Under the pieces are notes generated by a model that saw only the letters and a list, made by a program, of their open reading frames with translations, was not told where the DNA came from and did no database searches. This document shows, in pieces, positions 10,679 to 19,136 of a stretch of DNA of 64,000 nucleotides. Position 1 is the first letter of the stretch. Each line of letters opens with the position of its first letter. Made by a program: the position numbers and the translations under genes. Source of the stretch: Nitrospiraceae bacterium (GTDB lineage Bacteria > Nitrospirota > Nitrospiria > Nitrospirales > Nitrospiraceae); NCBI GenBank assembly GCA_050246315.1, contig JBFWWG010000013.1:1-64000 (forward strand), read 5' to 3'.

Positions 10679-11651
10679 ACTGACAATGGTCCAGGCGATC
10701 AATCTTGCGCTGCGGCAGGAAATGCAGCGCGATCCCACGGTGGTCCTGATCGGCGAGGACATCGGGGTCGACGGCGGCATCTTCCGCGTGACGGATGGGC
10801 TGTTGAACCAGTACGGGCCGGAGCGAGTCATGGACAGCCCGCTGGCGGAATCCGCCATCGTCGGGTTCTCGATCGGAATGGCGATTTCTGGGCTCAAACC
10901 GATTTCGGAAATGCAGTTCTCCGGCTTCGGCTATTTCGCCTTTCATCAGATCGAAAGCCATGTCGCGAGGATGCGCTGGCGGTCCCAGGGGCGCTTCCAC
11001 CTGCCGATGGTCGTCCGCATGCCCTACGGCGCGGGGGTGCGGGCCTTGGAGCATCACTCGGAAAGCCGGGAGGTCTATTACGCCCATACGCCCGGATTGA
11101 AGATGGTGATTCCTTCGACGCCGCGCAACGCGAGGGCGCTGCTGCTGAGCGCCGTCCGCGACCCCGATCCGGTGATCTACTTCGAACCGAAGGCCAATTA
11201 TCGGGCCTTCCGCGAAGAGGTGCCGGAGGAGGAAGAGACGCTGCCTATCGGCGAATCGCAGATCGTGCGGGAGGGGAATGATCTCACCATGATCACCTAC
11301 GGAGCGATGGTTCGCCGGACCATGGAGGCGGCGGAGCGACTGCGCCAGGAGGACGGCGTCGAGGCGGAGGTGATCGATCTGCTGACGCTCTCGCCTCTGG
11401 ACGACAGGAAATTTATTGAATCGGTCCGAAAGACCGGGCGGGCCGTGATCGTCCATGAGGCGCCGCAAACCTTCGGGCCGGGCGGCGAGATTGTCGCTCG
11501 ATTGGTCGAGCAGGCGTTCCTCCATCTGGAGGCGCCGATCAAGCGGGTGAACGGGTACGACATCATCGTGCCCTACTTCGCGAGGGAGCAGGCCTATATC
11601 CCGGATGCCGAACGGATCATCCGCGGCGCGCGAGAGGTGCTGCGGTTCTGA
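10671..11651 (+). CDS. pdhB: 2-oxoacid dehydrogenase E1 beta
   Basis: GEDIG..GGIFRVT, DSPLAES, EMQF, EHHSES, FEPK; AAGGAG SD before ATG at 10671. Confidence 0.92.
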   Translation: MAELTMVQAINLALRQEMQRDPTVVLIGEDIGVDGGIFRVTDGLLNQYGPERVMDSPLAESAIVGFSIGMAISGLKPISEMQFSGFGYFAFHQIESHVARMRWRSQGRFHLPMVVRMPYGAGVRALEHHSESREVYYAHTPGLKMVIPSTPRNARALLLSAVRDPDPVIYFEPKANYRAFREEVPEEEETLPIGESQIVREGNDLTMITYGAMVRRTMEAAERLRQEDGVEAEVIDLLTLSPLDDRKFIESVRKTGRAVIVHEAPQTFGPGGEIVARLVEQAFLHLEAPIKRVNGYDIIVPYFAREQAYIPDAERIIRGAREVLRF

Positions 11652-11686
11652 TTGTTCAGGCCGGTGCGAGCGAAAGGATTCCGCCG

Positions 11687-13030
11687 ATGGCCAAGCTATG
11701 GACATTTCAAGATCCTGGAGAAGGCATTCACGAAGCCGAGGTGCTGAAGCTGCTGGTCGCACGGGGCGATCGTGTGAGGGAAGGGCAGGAGGTGCTGACC
11801 GTGGAGACCGACAAGGCGAGCTTCGACCTCTCCTGCCCCTACACCGGCGTTGTGGAGGAGATCGCGGTCAAGGAAGGCGACCGGATCAGGGTCGGCGATC
11901 CGTTAATGCGGATCGGCTCGGCGGATGCCGCGGCCGAAGCGGCTCCGGCCGCAAGGCCGGCAACGCCGAGCCAGGCGACTGAGGAAGAGCAGGCGACCGA
12001 AGCAGACCGCGAGGAGGCATTGCCATTGGGTACAGGGCAAGATGCGCCCCCTACGCGGCCCGCGCAACAGGGGCCGGTCTTGGCCTCACCCGCAACCAGA
12101 CGGGTCGCGCGTGAACTCAAGGTGGACCTGCGCTTGGTCCCGCCGAGCGGCGAAGGCGGGCGCGTGCTTACCGACGATGTTCGCGCCTTCGCGGAAGGCG
12201 GGGAGCCGCAGCGCGGCGGGCTTGTCGCCAAGCCGCGTCAACCCGCCGTGAAACTGCCGGACGAGCGACCGGCTGCACAGATGGAACGTCCGCTGCTGCC
12301 GGACTTCGCCCAATGGGGCGAGATCGAGCGGGTGCCGCTCCGGTCGGTTCGGCGCGAGACGGCCAAGCGCATGGCCATCTCTTGGTCTCAGATCCCTCAC
12401 GTCACCCACAACGATGTGGCGGACATCACGGAACTCGAAGCCTTTCGGCATCGACACGTGAAGACCATCGAGGCGAATGGCGGCAAGCTCACGCTGACCG
12501 TCTTGGTGATGAAGGCGGTGGTGGCGGCGCTGCACGAGTTCCCGCGGTTCAACGCCAGCCTGGATGCGGAGAAGGAAGCCTTGATCCTCAAACGCTATTA
12601 CCATCTCGGGATTGCTCTGGACAGCGAGCGGGGGCTGCTCGTGCCGGTGATCCGTGACGTCGATCGCAAGAGCCTCACCGACCTGTCCGTCGAATTGTTT
12701 CAACTCGCCGAGCGGGTCCGCAAGGGCGATGTGAAGCGGGAGGACGTGAGCGGCGGCACGTTCACCATCACCAATCCTGGGCCGATGGGAGGGACTACCT
12801 TCACGCCGATCATCAATTATCCGGAAGTGGCGATTCTGGGGTTGGGCCGCGCGCGACTCCAACCGGTGGTGCGCGGAACAGTGGAGCAGCCGGAGATCGT
12901 GCCGCGGTTGCTGTTGCCGATTTCTTTCGGGTTCGATCACCGGATCAACGACGGCGCCGACGCCGCGCGCTTCGTCAACAAGGTCATCCACACGCTGACC
13001 AACCTCGAAGCCTACACGCTGGCGATCTGA
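11687..13030 (+). CDS. pdhC: Dihydrolipoamide acyltransferase E2
   Basis: Lipoyl domain VETDKA, E3-binding ASPATRRVARE, catalytic DHRINDG. Confidence 0.93.
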   Translation: MAKLWTFQDPGEGIHEAEVLKLLVARGDRVREGQEVLTVETDKASFDLSCPYTGVVEEIAVKEGDRIRVGDPLMRIGSADAAAEAAPAARPATPSQATEEEQATEADREEALPLGTGQDAPPTRPAQQGPVLASPATRRVARELKVDLRLVPPSGEGGRVLTDDVRAFAEGGEPQRGGLVAKPRQPAVKLPDERPAAQMERPLLPDFAQWGEIERVPLRSVRRETAKRMAISWSQIPHVTHNDVADITELEAFRHRHVKTIEANGGKLTLTVLVMKAVVAALHEFPRFNASLDAEKEALILKRYYHLGIALDSERGLLVPVIRDVDRKSLTDLSVELFQLAERVRKGDVKREDVSGGTFTITNPGPMGGTTFTPIINYPEVAILGLGRARLQPVVRGTVEQPEIVPRLLLPISFGFDHRINDGADAARFVNKVIHTLTNLEAYTLAI

Positions 13031-13160
13031 ATGAAAGTATGTGAAGGAGGAAGCAAGAGCGGTCGGAAAACAATGTAGAGACGTTCCTCGTATTCGGGGT
13101 CGCGCATTGTGTGCTCGACCAAACTCTTACGAATGTCAGGCACTATGTGGTGCGTTGGGA

Positions 13161-13217
13161 TTTGGGAGTTGCCCGATGTCAAAGTCAAGATCTGTAATGG
13201 CTTCTGACACCGTTTCC
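13161..13217 (+). repeat. 57-bp REP/REPIN-like repeat, copy 1
   Basis: 49/57 identical to 14026-14082 by manual alignment; core TGTCAAAGTCAAGATC...CTGACACC. Confidence 0.85.
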
Positions 13218-13277
13218 TATTTCTCCAACGCTTTCCGGAAAAGAAACCAGGTCGGACCCCGTAACGAAACGTTCTCT

Positions 13278-13571
13278 CTACGCGGCAGACTTGACTGCAA
13301 TGGATAGCCCGGCTTTCGCGCAGAGGCCCACGAGGTAATCAAGGGAAAGCTTGTCCACCTTGTTGCACGCGATTTCTGACATGCGTGGCTGAACGACACC
13401 GAGACGCTTGGCCGCTTGCGCCTGAGTCAACCCCTCACGCGCCATCCACTTGCGAAGGGCCTCGGCTAACTCACAGCGTAGCAGCATGACGGCCGCCTCG
13501 TGTGGAGGAAATCCCAGATCGAGAAACACGTTTCCGCTACCCCGTGTGATCCGCACATTGGTTTTCTTCAT
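13278..13571 (-). CDS. XRE/HTH_37 antitoxin (HigA-like)
   Basis: SGNVFLDLGF, LTQAQAAKRLGVVQPRMSEI HTH; ATGA-coupled to the upstream toxin. Confidence 0.88.
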   Translation of the reverse strand: MKKTNVRITRGSGNVFLDLGFPPHEAAVMLLRCELAEALRKWMAREGLTQAQAAKRLGVVQPRMSEIACNKVDKLSLDYLVGLCAKAGLSIAVKSAA

Positions 13572-13891
13572 GGTTGTTCTCCGATGAGCTTGTAACGTCG
13601 CGCCGCAAGCTCGATGTCCGCCTTCGCGGTCGCCCGAGTCTTCTTCTGAAACGCATGCAACACATAGACCGCGTGCTCAAAATTTGCCACGTAGATCACA
13701 CGGAACGCCCCGGCCTCGTCTCGTACGCGAATCTCGTAGGCGCCTGGTCCGACGCTCGGAATCGGTTTGAAATCCGCCGGCTCACGCCCCACTTGCACCA
13801 TGAACACTTCGTGTCCGGCGCGTTGGCGTGCGGACTTCGGGAATCGCGCTGAATCCTTACGGACCGTCCCGACAAAATACGCGGGCTTCAC
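13568..13891 (-). CDS. RelE/HigB-family toxin (Gp49-like)
   Basis: GPGAYEIRV....FRVIY......YVLHAFQKKT. Confidence 0.9.
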   Translation of the reverse strand: MKPAYFVGTVRKDSARFPKSARQRAGHEVFMVQVGREPADFKPIPSVGPGAYEIRVRDEAGAFRVIYVANFEHAVYVLHAFQKKTRATAKADIELAARRYKLIGEQP

Positions 13892-13899
13892 CGAGATGT

Positions 13900-13928
13900 A
13901 TTATACGAATATTCGTATTTCCGCGCAA
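13900..13928 (-). promoter_or_regulatory. Sigma70 promoter of TA module 1 with overlapping 16-bp palindromic operator
   Basis: Minus strand TTGCGC-17bp-TATAAT ending 8 bp before the GTG; perfect palindrome ATACGAATATTCGTAT at 13903-13918. Confidence 0.8.
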
Positions 13929-14025
13929 GAGCATGTAGAAGGCATGACAGGTGAAACGGAAAAGGGCTCTTCACCATATGGGCGGACAATAAGGGAGGAC
14001 AATGGCGTCAGGAATTATTCAGTGT

Positions 14026-14082
14026 TTTGGGGGTTGCCGGGTGTCAAAGTCAAGATCCCTAGTGGCTCCTGACACCTTTTCC
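14026..14082 (+). repeat. 57-bp REP/REPIN-like repeat, copy 2
   Basis: Direct repeat of 13161-13217; GGCGTCAGGAATTA at 14004-14017 can pair with TGGCTCCTGACACC. Confidence 0.85.
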
Positions 14083-14287
14083 AATTCCACAACTCTTCTC
14101 CTCGATCAGCGTGAGCGATCCGGACTCATGAACGTCCGGGGAGTTTACCGGAAATGCGAACACGTAACCATCACGATGGGACGATCTGTGGGCGGTGCGT
14201 GGGAATCGCGGCTACATTTCAGGGTGTCTGTCAGATCTGGGACAATTCCCATCTCCCGGAGAATGCGCTCGGAGTCGTATCCCTGCC

Positions 14288-14317
14288 TTGTCAGGATATA
14301 CGCCATTGGCGTACTAT
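14288..14317 (+). promoter_or_regulatory. Sigma70 promoter of TA module 2 with operator
   Basis: TTGTCA-18bp-TACTAT ending 5 bp before ATG 14323; inverted repeat TACGCCA-T-TGGCGTA at 14299-14313. Confidence 0.72.
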
Positions 14318-14322
14318 GTGCG

Positions 14323-14638
14323 ATGCGCTTCGTCGAGACCCCGGTCTTTACTGCGGCGCTCCGACGTCATCTCGACGAGGAGACGTATCGCGCACTCCAA
14401 TTGGCGCTGGTCTTCCGCCGACGCAAGGCCCAATCATTCCGGGTGGAGGGGGGTGCGGAAACTCCGATGGTCTGCGCTAGGGCGGGGAAAGCGAGGAGGG
14501 GTTCGCCTCATCTACTATTGGGAATCGGCAAGCCGGACGTTTTACATGCTCTACCTCTATGCGAAGAACGAGCAAGGCGATCTGACGGCCGCTCAGCTCA
14601 AGGCGTTGGCCAAGCTCGTTCGGGAGGAATTCACATGA
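14323..14638 (+). pseudogene. HigB2/RelE-type toxin with two frameshifts
   Basis: MRFVETPVF...LVFR, then PTQGPIIPGGGG, then VRKLRW..GKRGGVRLIYY...LYAKNEQ lie in three different frames. Confidence 0.85.
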
Positions 14639-14946
14639 AGGAAGGGGCCTACCAAGAACTGCTCATGAGTATCCGCCAGGCGGGACGGATTCGCCGCGGT
14701 ACTGTGAAACCTGCTCGTGTCACCACCTTTCGACCGGCCGATGTGAAAAGCGTCCGTGAAAAGTTGAAAGCATCGCAAAGCGAGTTCGCCCTCATGATCG
14801 GCGTGAGTGTCGCCACTCTCCGCAACTGGGAACAGGGACGACGCATACCGGATGGGCCGGCACTGGCGCTCTTGCGTATCGCGGCTCGCAACCCGCGCGC
14901 CGTTGCCGAGGCATTGCACCGGACACCGAGAAAAGGAGCGGCCTAA
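14635..14946 (+). CDS. HigA2-type HTH antitoxin
   Basis: GGAGG SD, ATGA overlap; SQSEFALMIGVSVATLRNWEQGRRIPDGPA. Confidence 0.9.
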   Translation: MKEGAYQELLMSIRQAGRIRRGTVKPARVTTFRPADVKSVREKLKASQSEFALMIGVSVATLRNWEQGRRIPDGPALALLRIAARNPRAVAEALHRTPRKGAA

Positions 14947-15052
14947 GGATGGCAGATTCAAGCTCGATGATTTGCCAGGTCCCAAGGGTTATCCTGTTGC
15001 TGACGGTGGGCTCGACGGAAGCGTTGACATGCGTTTTCTGTTCGACTGAAAT

Positions 15053-15250
15053 TCAGAATGTCCAAATTTCTTGTCCCGCTCTGTAACACACAACCGTCAG
15101 TAACGTGCCGGCCATTACCAGGGCCACCCCGTCGATCCCCCACGCGAGACCGCGAAGAGCGGCAGAGGGGGCGAACGTCCCGGCCATGCCAAGCACTCCT
15201 CCCACCGCCAGGCCGATCGAGGCCAGCACTCTCAATCGTCGATCATTCAT
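15053..15250 (-). pseudogene. Probably 3'-truncated membrane protein (cassette remnant)
   Basis: GAGG SD then MNDRRLRVLASIGLAVGGVLGMAGTF...; two hydrophobic segments then an abrupt end; lies downstream of the attC R' box. Confidence 0.45.
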
Positions 15251-15346
15251 GGTTCGCTTTTCCTCGATGAGCGTTACAGATGCGGGCTTCCGCGTCGACC
15301 GATATGGGGCCGGACCCCTTATTTCCGTTTCCACACTCCCTACCGA

Positions 15347-15407
15347 GGCTAACCGCTCAGGCTGAGCGTACGACGTCGAGCCAAACCGCTCCAGCCTATT
15401 GTTAGAC
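15347..15407 (-). mobile_element. Integron attC-like recombination site (61 bp)
   Basis: GTCTAAC (overlapping the stop codon)-AATAG-GCTGGAGC...GCTCAGC-CTGAGCG-GTTAGCC; L boxes pair with one extrahelical base. Confidence 0.8.
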
Positions 15408-16103
15408 TGCCTTGCCGCGGAAGTACCGCGGTTGGAAACTGTGATCGCTCTCAACATGGCGAATGAATGCCACACCGACTGATAGCACATCGTTTGCGAA
15501 GACGATCATGGGGGCAAGGTCGCCTCTCTGTCCCCCGATGTATATCTGCTGCAATCGCAATATTGGCTCCTCAACACTGTCGTCTTCATGACTACTCCCG
15601 AGCTGCTGGGCGATCGCAAGAACCAACTCGCGATGGCTATAGTCGTACGGTGCGATGAAGACAGCGAGTCCTCTGTTGATCCACTCGCGGAAGGGAATCG
15701 GCTTGGCGAGCTCTGCCAGCCTCCGGTCGATCTCCTTCATCTGAGCCGTATCCCCGGATTCGATCGCCCGTGATAGGCGCTCGGAGATCTCGGCGTGGAT
15801 CGGGTCTTCCCGCCAACCCACCATGGGTAGTGGTTGTGGCTTCAGCGGTGGCCCTGACGCCGACATGCCGGGCGGTTGAACCTCGTACACGAACGCGAAC
15901 TCATCCATAAGATTCAGCAGCAGAGGCTTGTTCTTCCGAGTCTCACACACCAAAATGCGAAGCTCGGCTGCGATCTGCTTGAATCTATCCCGCTCTTTTG
16001 GATAAAGCCGAAGCGCATCCCACAAGAAGTACAGGTGAGTCTCACAGTCCACGAGTCTCTCGGCAGATGTCTTCGATACCCGGGGCTTGCGCATAGAAGC
16101 CAC
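15402..16103 (-). CDS. Hypothetical protein carried as a gene cassette
   Basis: 233-aa ORF; GTTAGAT core 6 bp before the GTG start and attC at the stop. Confidence 0.75.
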   Translation of the reverse strand: MASMRKPRVSKTSAERLVDCETHLYFLWDALRLYPKERDRFKQIAAELRILVCETRKNKPLLLNLMDEFAFVYEVQPPGMSASGPPLKPQPLPMVGWREDPIHAEISERLSRAIESGDTAQMKEIDRRLAELAKPIPFREWINRGLAVFIAPYDYSHRELVLAIAQQLGSSHEDDSVEEPILRLQQIYIGGQRGDLAPMIVFANDVLSVGVAFIRHVESDHSFQPRYFRGKAV

Positions 16104-16109
16104 GTTTCA

Positions 16110-16256
16110 ATCTAACTATTGAGTATGCTGACCGGCATAGTATGCACCATGTGACTGCACGATGGGGCGTGATTCTTGCGCGTGTTCAATCACTTGTCAA
16201 CGATCCCCACACTGTTTCGTTGGCGTGATATACAGACCGGCATAGCTCCGTTATAG
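16110..16256 (-). mobile_element. Long atypical att-like site with internal 11-bp direct repeat
   Basis: Minus strand CTATAAC...CTATGCCGGTC...CTATGCCGGTC-A-GCATACT-CAATA-GTTAGAT. Confidence 0.5.
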
Positions 16257-16354
16257 CTGCGAGGAGCACCATAAGGGGTCCGCCGCCGTATCGTCGACTA
16301 CCATGATGGCCGCCGATCCCGCTGCTTCCAGTCTTGAATCGTCGAGCGCACGGA

Positions 16355-16828
16355 TTAGAAATCGTACAGGTGGTCCAAGGGCAGTCCTTTGCGATCGAGG
16401 CTCGGGAGCGTTTCGTGCAGTCGGCCGACAGGCACCAGCAACGCCACGCGTTTGCGCGCCGGGTCCGTGAGCAACGTCCACTCGCAGACTTTCTCGCCGC
16501 GATGATACTGATCCTGCCAGGTGTGCGGAGCAACGATCGTCATCAGGATCTGTTCATTGCCCGCGACCTCCACCACTCGGCTACCATTTCGGATCAAGGT
16601 CTGCACGGCCTTCTTGAATGGTTCGTATCGCGGCAGTGACACGAGATAGGATCGATCGCCGAGGGGTGCGAGTATTGTGATGCTCGGATCGAGCGACCCC
16701 AGCTCTGCTGTGCCCTGCGTGACCCAGGCCTGAATGTCCATCGCCTCCGGGTCATATCCTGCCTGCGTGCCCTGGTTGATGGTCTATCCCCATGCGGCCT
16801 TGAACAGCAGTTCCACGGTCAACGTGAG
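16355..16828 (-). pseudogene. C-terminal fragment of a hypothetical protein with in-frame TAG at 16784-16786, 5' part missing
   Basis: Frame reads LTLTVELLFKAAWG*TINQGTQAGYDPEA into the 128-aa ORF; cut at the hairpin 16834-16854. Confidence 0.55.
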
Positions 16829-16833
16829 GACAA

Positions 16834-16854
16834 TTAAGGGGTCAGGCCCCTTAA
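16834..16854. repeat. GGGGTCAGACCCC-family REP-like hairpin
   Basis: TTAAGGGG-TCAGG-CCCCTTAA; related copies at 15306-15318, ~13250-13260 and ~19193-19204. Confidence 0.6.
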
Positions 16855-16965
16855 CGGCAGATCGATCCCGGCATAGTGCTTCATCGAACCCTCTTGTCTG
16901 TGGTGGGTGAGCATCACGCCTCCATGACGTGACGGTACACTCCACGTGAGGAGCCTTCGAGATGG

Positions 16966-17485
16966 TTATCGGACCCCATAATTGCGTCCTGGCTGCTCCT
17001 GTTTCGAGAACCAGTTGTCCTCGTAAAACCGTAGTACCTCTTCGACGACATCAAGCACATCACGGCCATCAATGCTGTACCCAGATGGTGGGCCGTTATC
17101 AAAGCTATGCACGGCGCCAACATCTGGCCACTCGTCGATGCTCAGGCCGTACGAGGTGTCAATGCGCTTGGGGAGCGGCTGTAGATGCTTGGTGTGATTG
17201 CTGTAGATGCTTGGTGTGATTACAGATGGCATTAATGACCTTAAAGGAGCCGAGTTCGAAGACCGCATCGTAAAATCGCTGCCCCGGCGTTGGAGAAGGA
17301 TTCCGCCGTTCTTGCCTCGAACGGGGGCTAATCCACTCCCGCAGCTGGTTTAGACCAAAGATCACGAAGAGAAGTCGTTCAGTCTCTTTTGCCTCAGCAT
17401 TTCTGAGAATCTGAACGTTCCGACAGATTGTCCGGTAGAAAGCCGCAGTAGAGTTGATGTCAAAAAGGTTGATCTGTGCCTTCAT
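16966..17485 (-). pseudogene. Hypothetical cassette-type gene frameshifted by a 22-bp tandem duplication
   Basis: GCTGTAGATGCTTGGTGTGATT occurs at 17178-17199 and 17200-17221; NHTKHLQ appears in both partial ORFs. Confidence 0.85.
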
Positions 17486-17592
17486 GGTGTGTGTGAGCCA
17501 ACTGACTGATAGTGGGGCAGGATGACTTTAGGTATAGAATGGGTCGCGATAAGGTAGCAAGCATAGTAAAGGTTCTCCATATGGCTTCCTCG

Positions 17593-17811
17593 TCAGGCCG
17601 CGTCGGTTTCGATCTTGCCGGGCAGTTTGCTGAGGATCAGTTTCTGTAGCTCGACCTTGTTAGCGGCATTGTCGATATCAATGCCCACCAGCCGCCCATT
17701 GGCATCGTAATCGAGCACGACGCCCTCAGAAACCTCGCGACTCTCCACGCTGGGCCGCTCGGAAAGGTCGATATAGAGTGAGTCAGTGTCTGGATGATAG
17801 TTAAGTTTCAT
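17593..17811 (-). CDS. DUF2283 family protein (putative antitoxin)
   Basis: MKLNYHPDTDSLYIDL......SREVSEGVVLDYDANGRLVGIDI. Confidence 0.88.
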   Translation of the reverse strand: MKLNYHPDTDSLYIDLSERPSVESREVSEGVVLDYDANGRLVGIDIDNAANKVELQKLILSKLPGKIETDAA

Positions 17812-18050
17812 GGTTTGAACCCTCGGTCCGGAAATGCATTGTGAATCGTCACCTTGTCCGCTAGCGTTACCACTCTTAGGTAGCGGCCGCCAAGCTCAGG
17901 GATCGCCGCCCAAAAACGATGCCGGTTGTGCTCCTGCGGCTCCGATCGGATGGCATGCTCCAGCACGAATATGCACCACTCCCTCTTAATGTATGGGCGT
18001 TTCCGGAGAACCTCCTGCTCGAAGTATTCGGTGAACCTATACTGAGCCAT
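17808..18050 (-). CDS. Putative RelE/DUF4258-like toxin partner of DUF2283
   Basis: GRYLRVVTL....TIHNAFPDRGF; ATGA-coupled to the DUF2283 gene. Confidence 0.75.
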   Translation of the reverse strand: MAQYRFTEYFEQEVLRKRPYIKREWCIFVLEHAIRSEPQEHNRHRFWAAIPELGGRYLRVVTLADKVTIHNAFPDRGFKP

Positions 18051-18263
18051 GACCCTTTCTAAACACAACCACCTGTCCGCTCGCTGAGCATCTTAATGCG
18101 GCTCCACGAGACCCCTATGTCCTGGTGGCCAATGTGGCCAATTCCTACCGATGTCCAGACCTCACTAAAGGAAAATCTGGGACACTATCCTTGCCTGCGT
18201 AATCTCTGTCAAGGTGCTATAAGAGCAGCCCATCGCTGCGGCGTGCCTTTGCCTGATATGCGG

Positions 18264-18524
18264 TCAAGTTGTCCCTCCATTAAGCGTGGCGGCGACGTAC
18301 CACAACATCAGGAGCATGCAGAGGATCAACAGTCTGACCGCGAGGGCTTGCAGCACCTGAGCGCGAAAGGCCGCGTCATCGCCGTAGACGACGGGTTTGT
18401 CGCGGATGATGCGGACGTGGGGAGGCGAATCGCACAGGGCGCTCCGTTCAGGATCGCTCTTCTCGATCGGATTGACCGCTGACATACGAGTTTTCATAGA
18501 CCTGGCAGCCGATTCGCTTGGCAT
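18264..18524 (-). CDS. Small hypothetical single-TM protein
   Basis: Hydrophobic C-terminus; diverged paralogous segment at ~19409-19518; start uncertain. Confidence 0.4.
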   Translation of the reverse strand: MPSESAARSMKTRMSAVNPIEKSDPERSALCDSPPHVRIIRDKPVVYGDDAAFRAQVLQALAVRLLILCMLLMLWYVAATLNGGTT

Positions 18525-18534
18525 TGATGGTGCA
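18519..18534 (+). promoter_or_regulatory. Candidate sigma54 -24/-12 promoter for the cupredoxin gene
   Basis: TGGCATTGATGGTGCA with GG-N10-GC spacing, ~190 bp before ATG 18726. Confidence 0.4.
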
Positions 18535-18725
18535 CGTACTTGAGTTATGAAGAGGCGGGAGCCTCCGTCGAGGAGGAAAGAACGCCCTTCGATGTCCGAT
18601 TCGAATCGGTGATCTCTGAGCGGCTCACAGGAGTGGTGAACCGGGGATGCCTAGATTCACCCGGCGCTCCCGCTCGTAACGGAAGCATCAGCCTCGTCCC
18701 TATCATTTTTCCGGGAGGTGACATC

Positions 18726-19136
18726 ATGAAAAGAATTCTAGTCGTCGCGCTGGCAGGCATGTGGTTCGGCATCATCGGGGTCGCGGGCAGCGTGTTGGCC
18801 TCGGGAGAGATGCTGGGAGGAGAGCCGCGAGAATTCCATGTCGCGATTCTTTCCAGCGGGAAGGTCAGCTTCATTCTGCCCTCGACGATCGTCGTCGATG
18901 AGAAGGTGAAGCTCAAACCGCTTGAGCTGGTGGTAACGAACGACACCAAGGAGAAGCACGGATTCGCGATCGACAAACTAAAGGTGAAAGAGGTGTTGAA
19001 CCCAGGAGAAACCAAGTCCATCAAGCTCACGGTGACCGATCTTGACTCGTTAGGCGGAACCGAGCAGGCGGCCTATCGGATGTATGATCCCGTCCACGCG
19101 CAGACTGTGGGTGGACAGATGTTCGTGAAGCGATAG
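18726..19136 (+). CDS. Secreted nitrosocyanin-like cupredoxin-fold protein lacking the Cys ligand
   Basis: GGAGG SD, signal peptide, N....HGFAID...KEVLNPGETKSI, C-terminal YDPVHAQTVGGQM. Confidence 0.75.
   Translation: MKRILVVALAGMWFGIIGVAGSVLASGEMLGGEPREFHVAILSSGKVSFILPSTIVVDEKVKLKPLELVVTNDTKEKHGFAIDKLKVKEVLNPGETKSIKLTVTDLDSLGGTEQAAYRMYDPVHAQTVGGQMFVKR

Noticed and set aside
16110..16140. Xer dif site
   Set aside because: It partly resembles the dif arms, but the spacing does not fit 11-6-11; an integron-like simple site fits better.
17496..17598. Complete attC between DUF2283 and the next gene
   Set aside because: Only an R'-like GTTGGCT and a GCCTGAC box are present; L boxes and stem do not pair convincingly.
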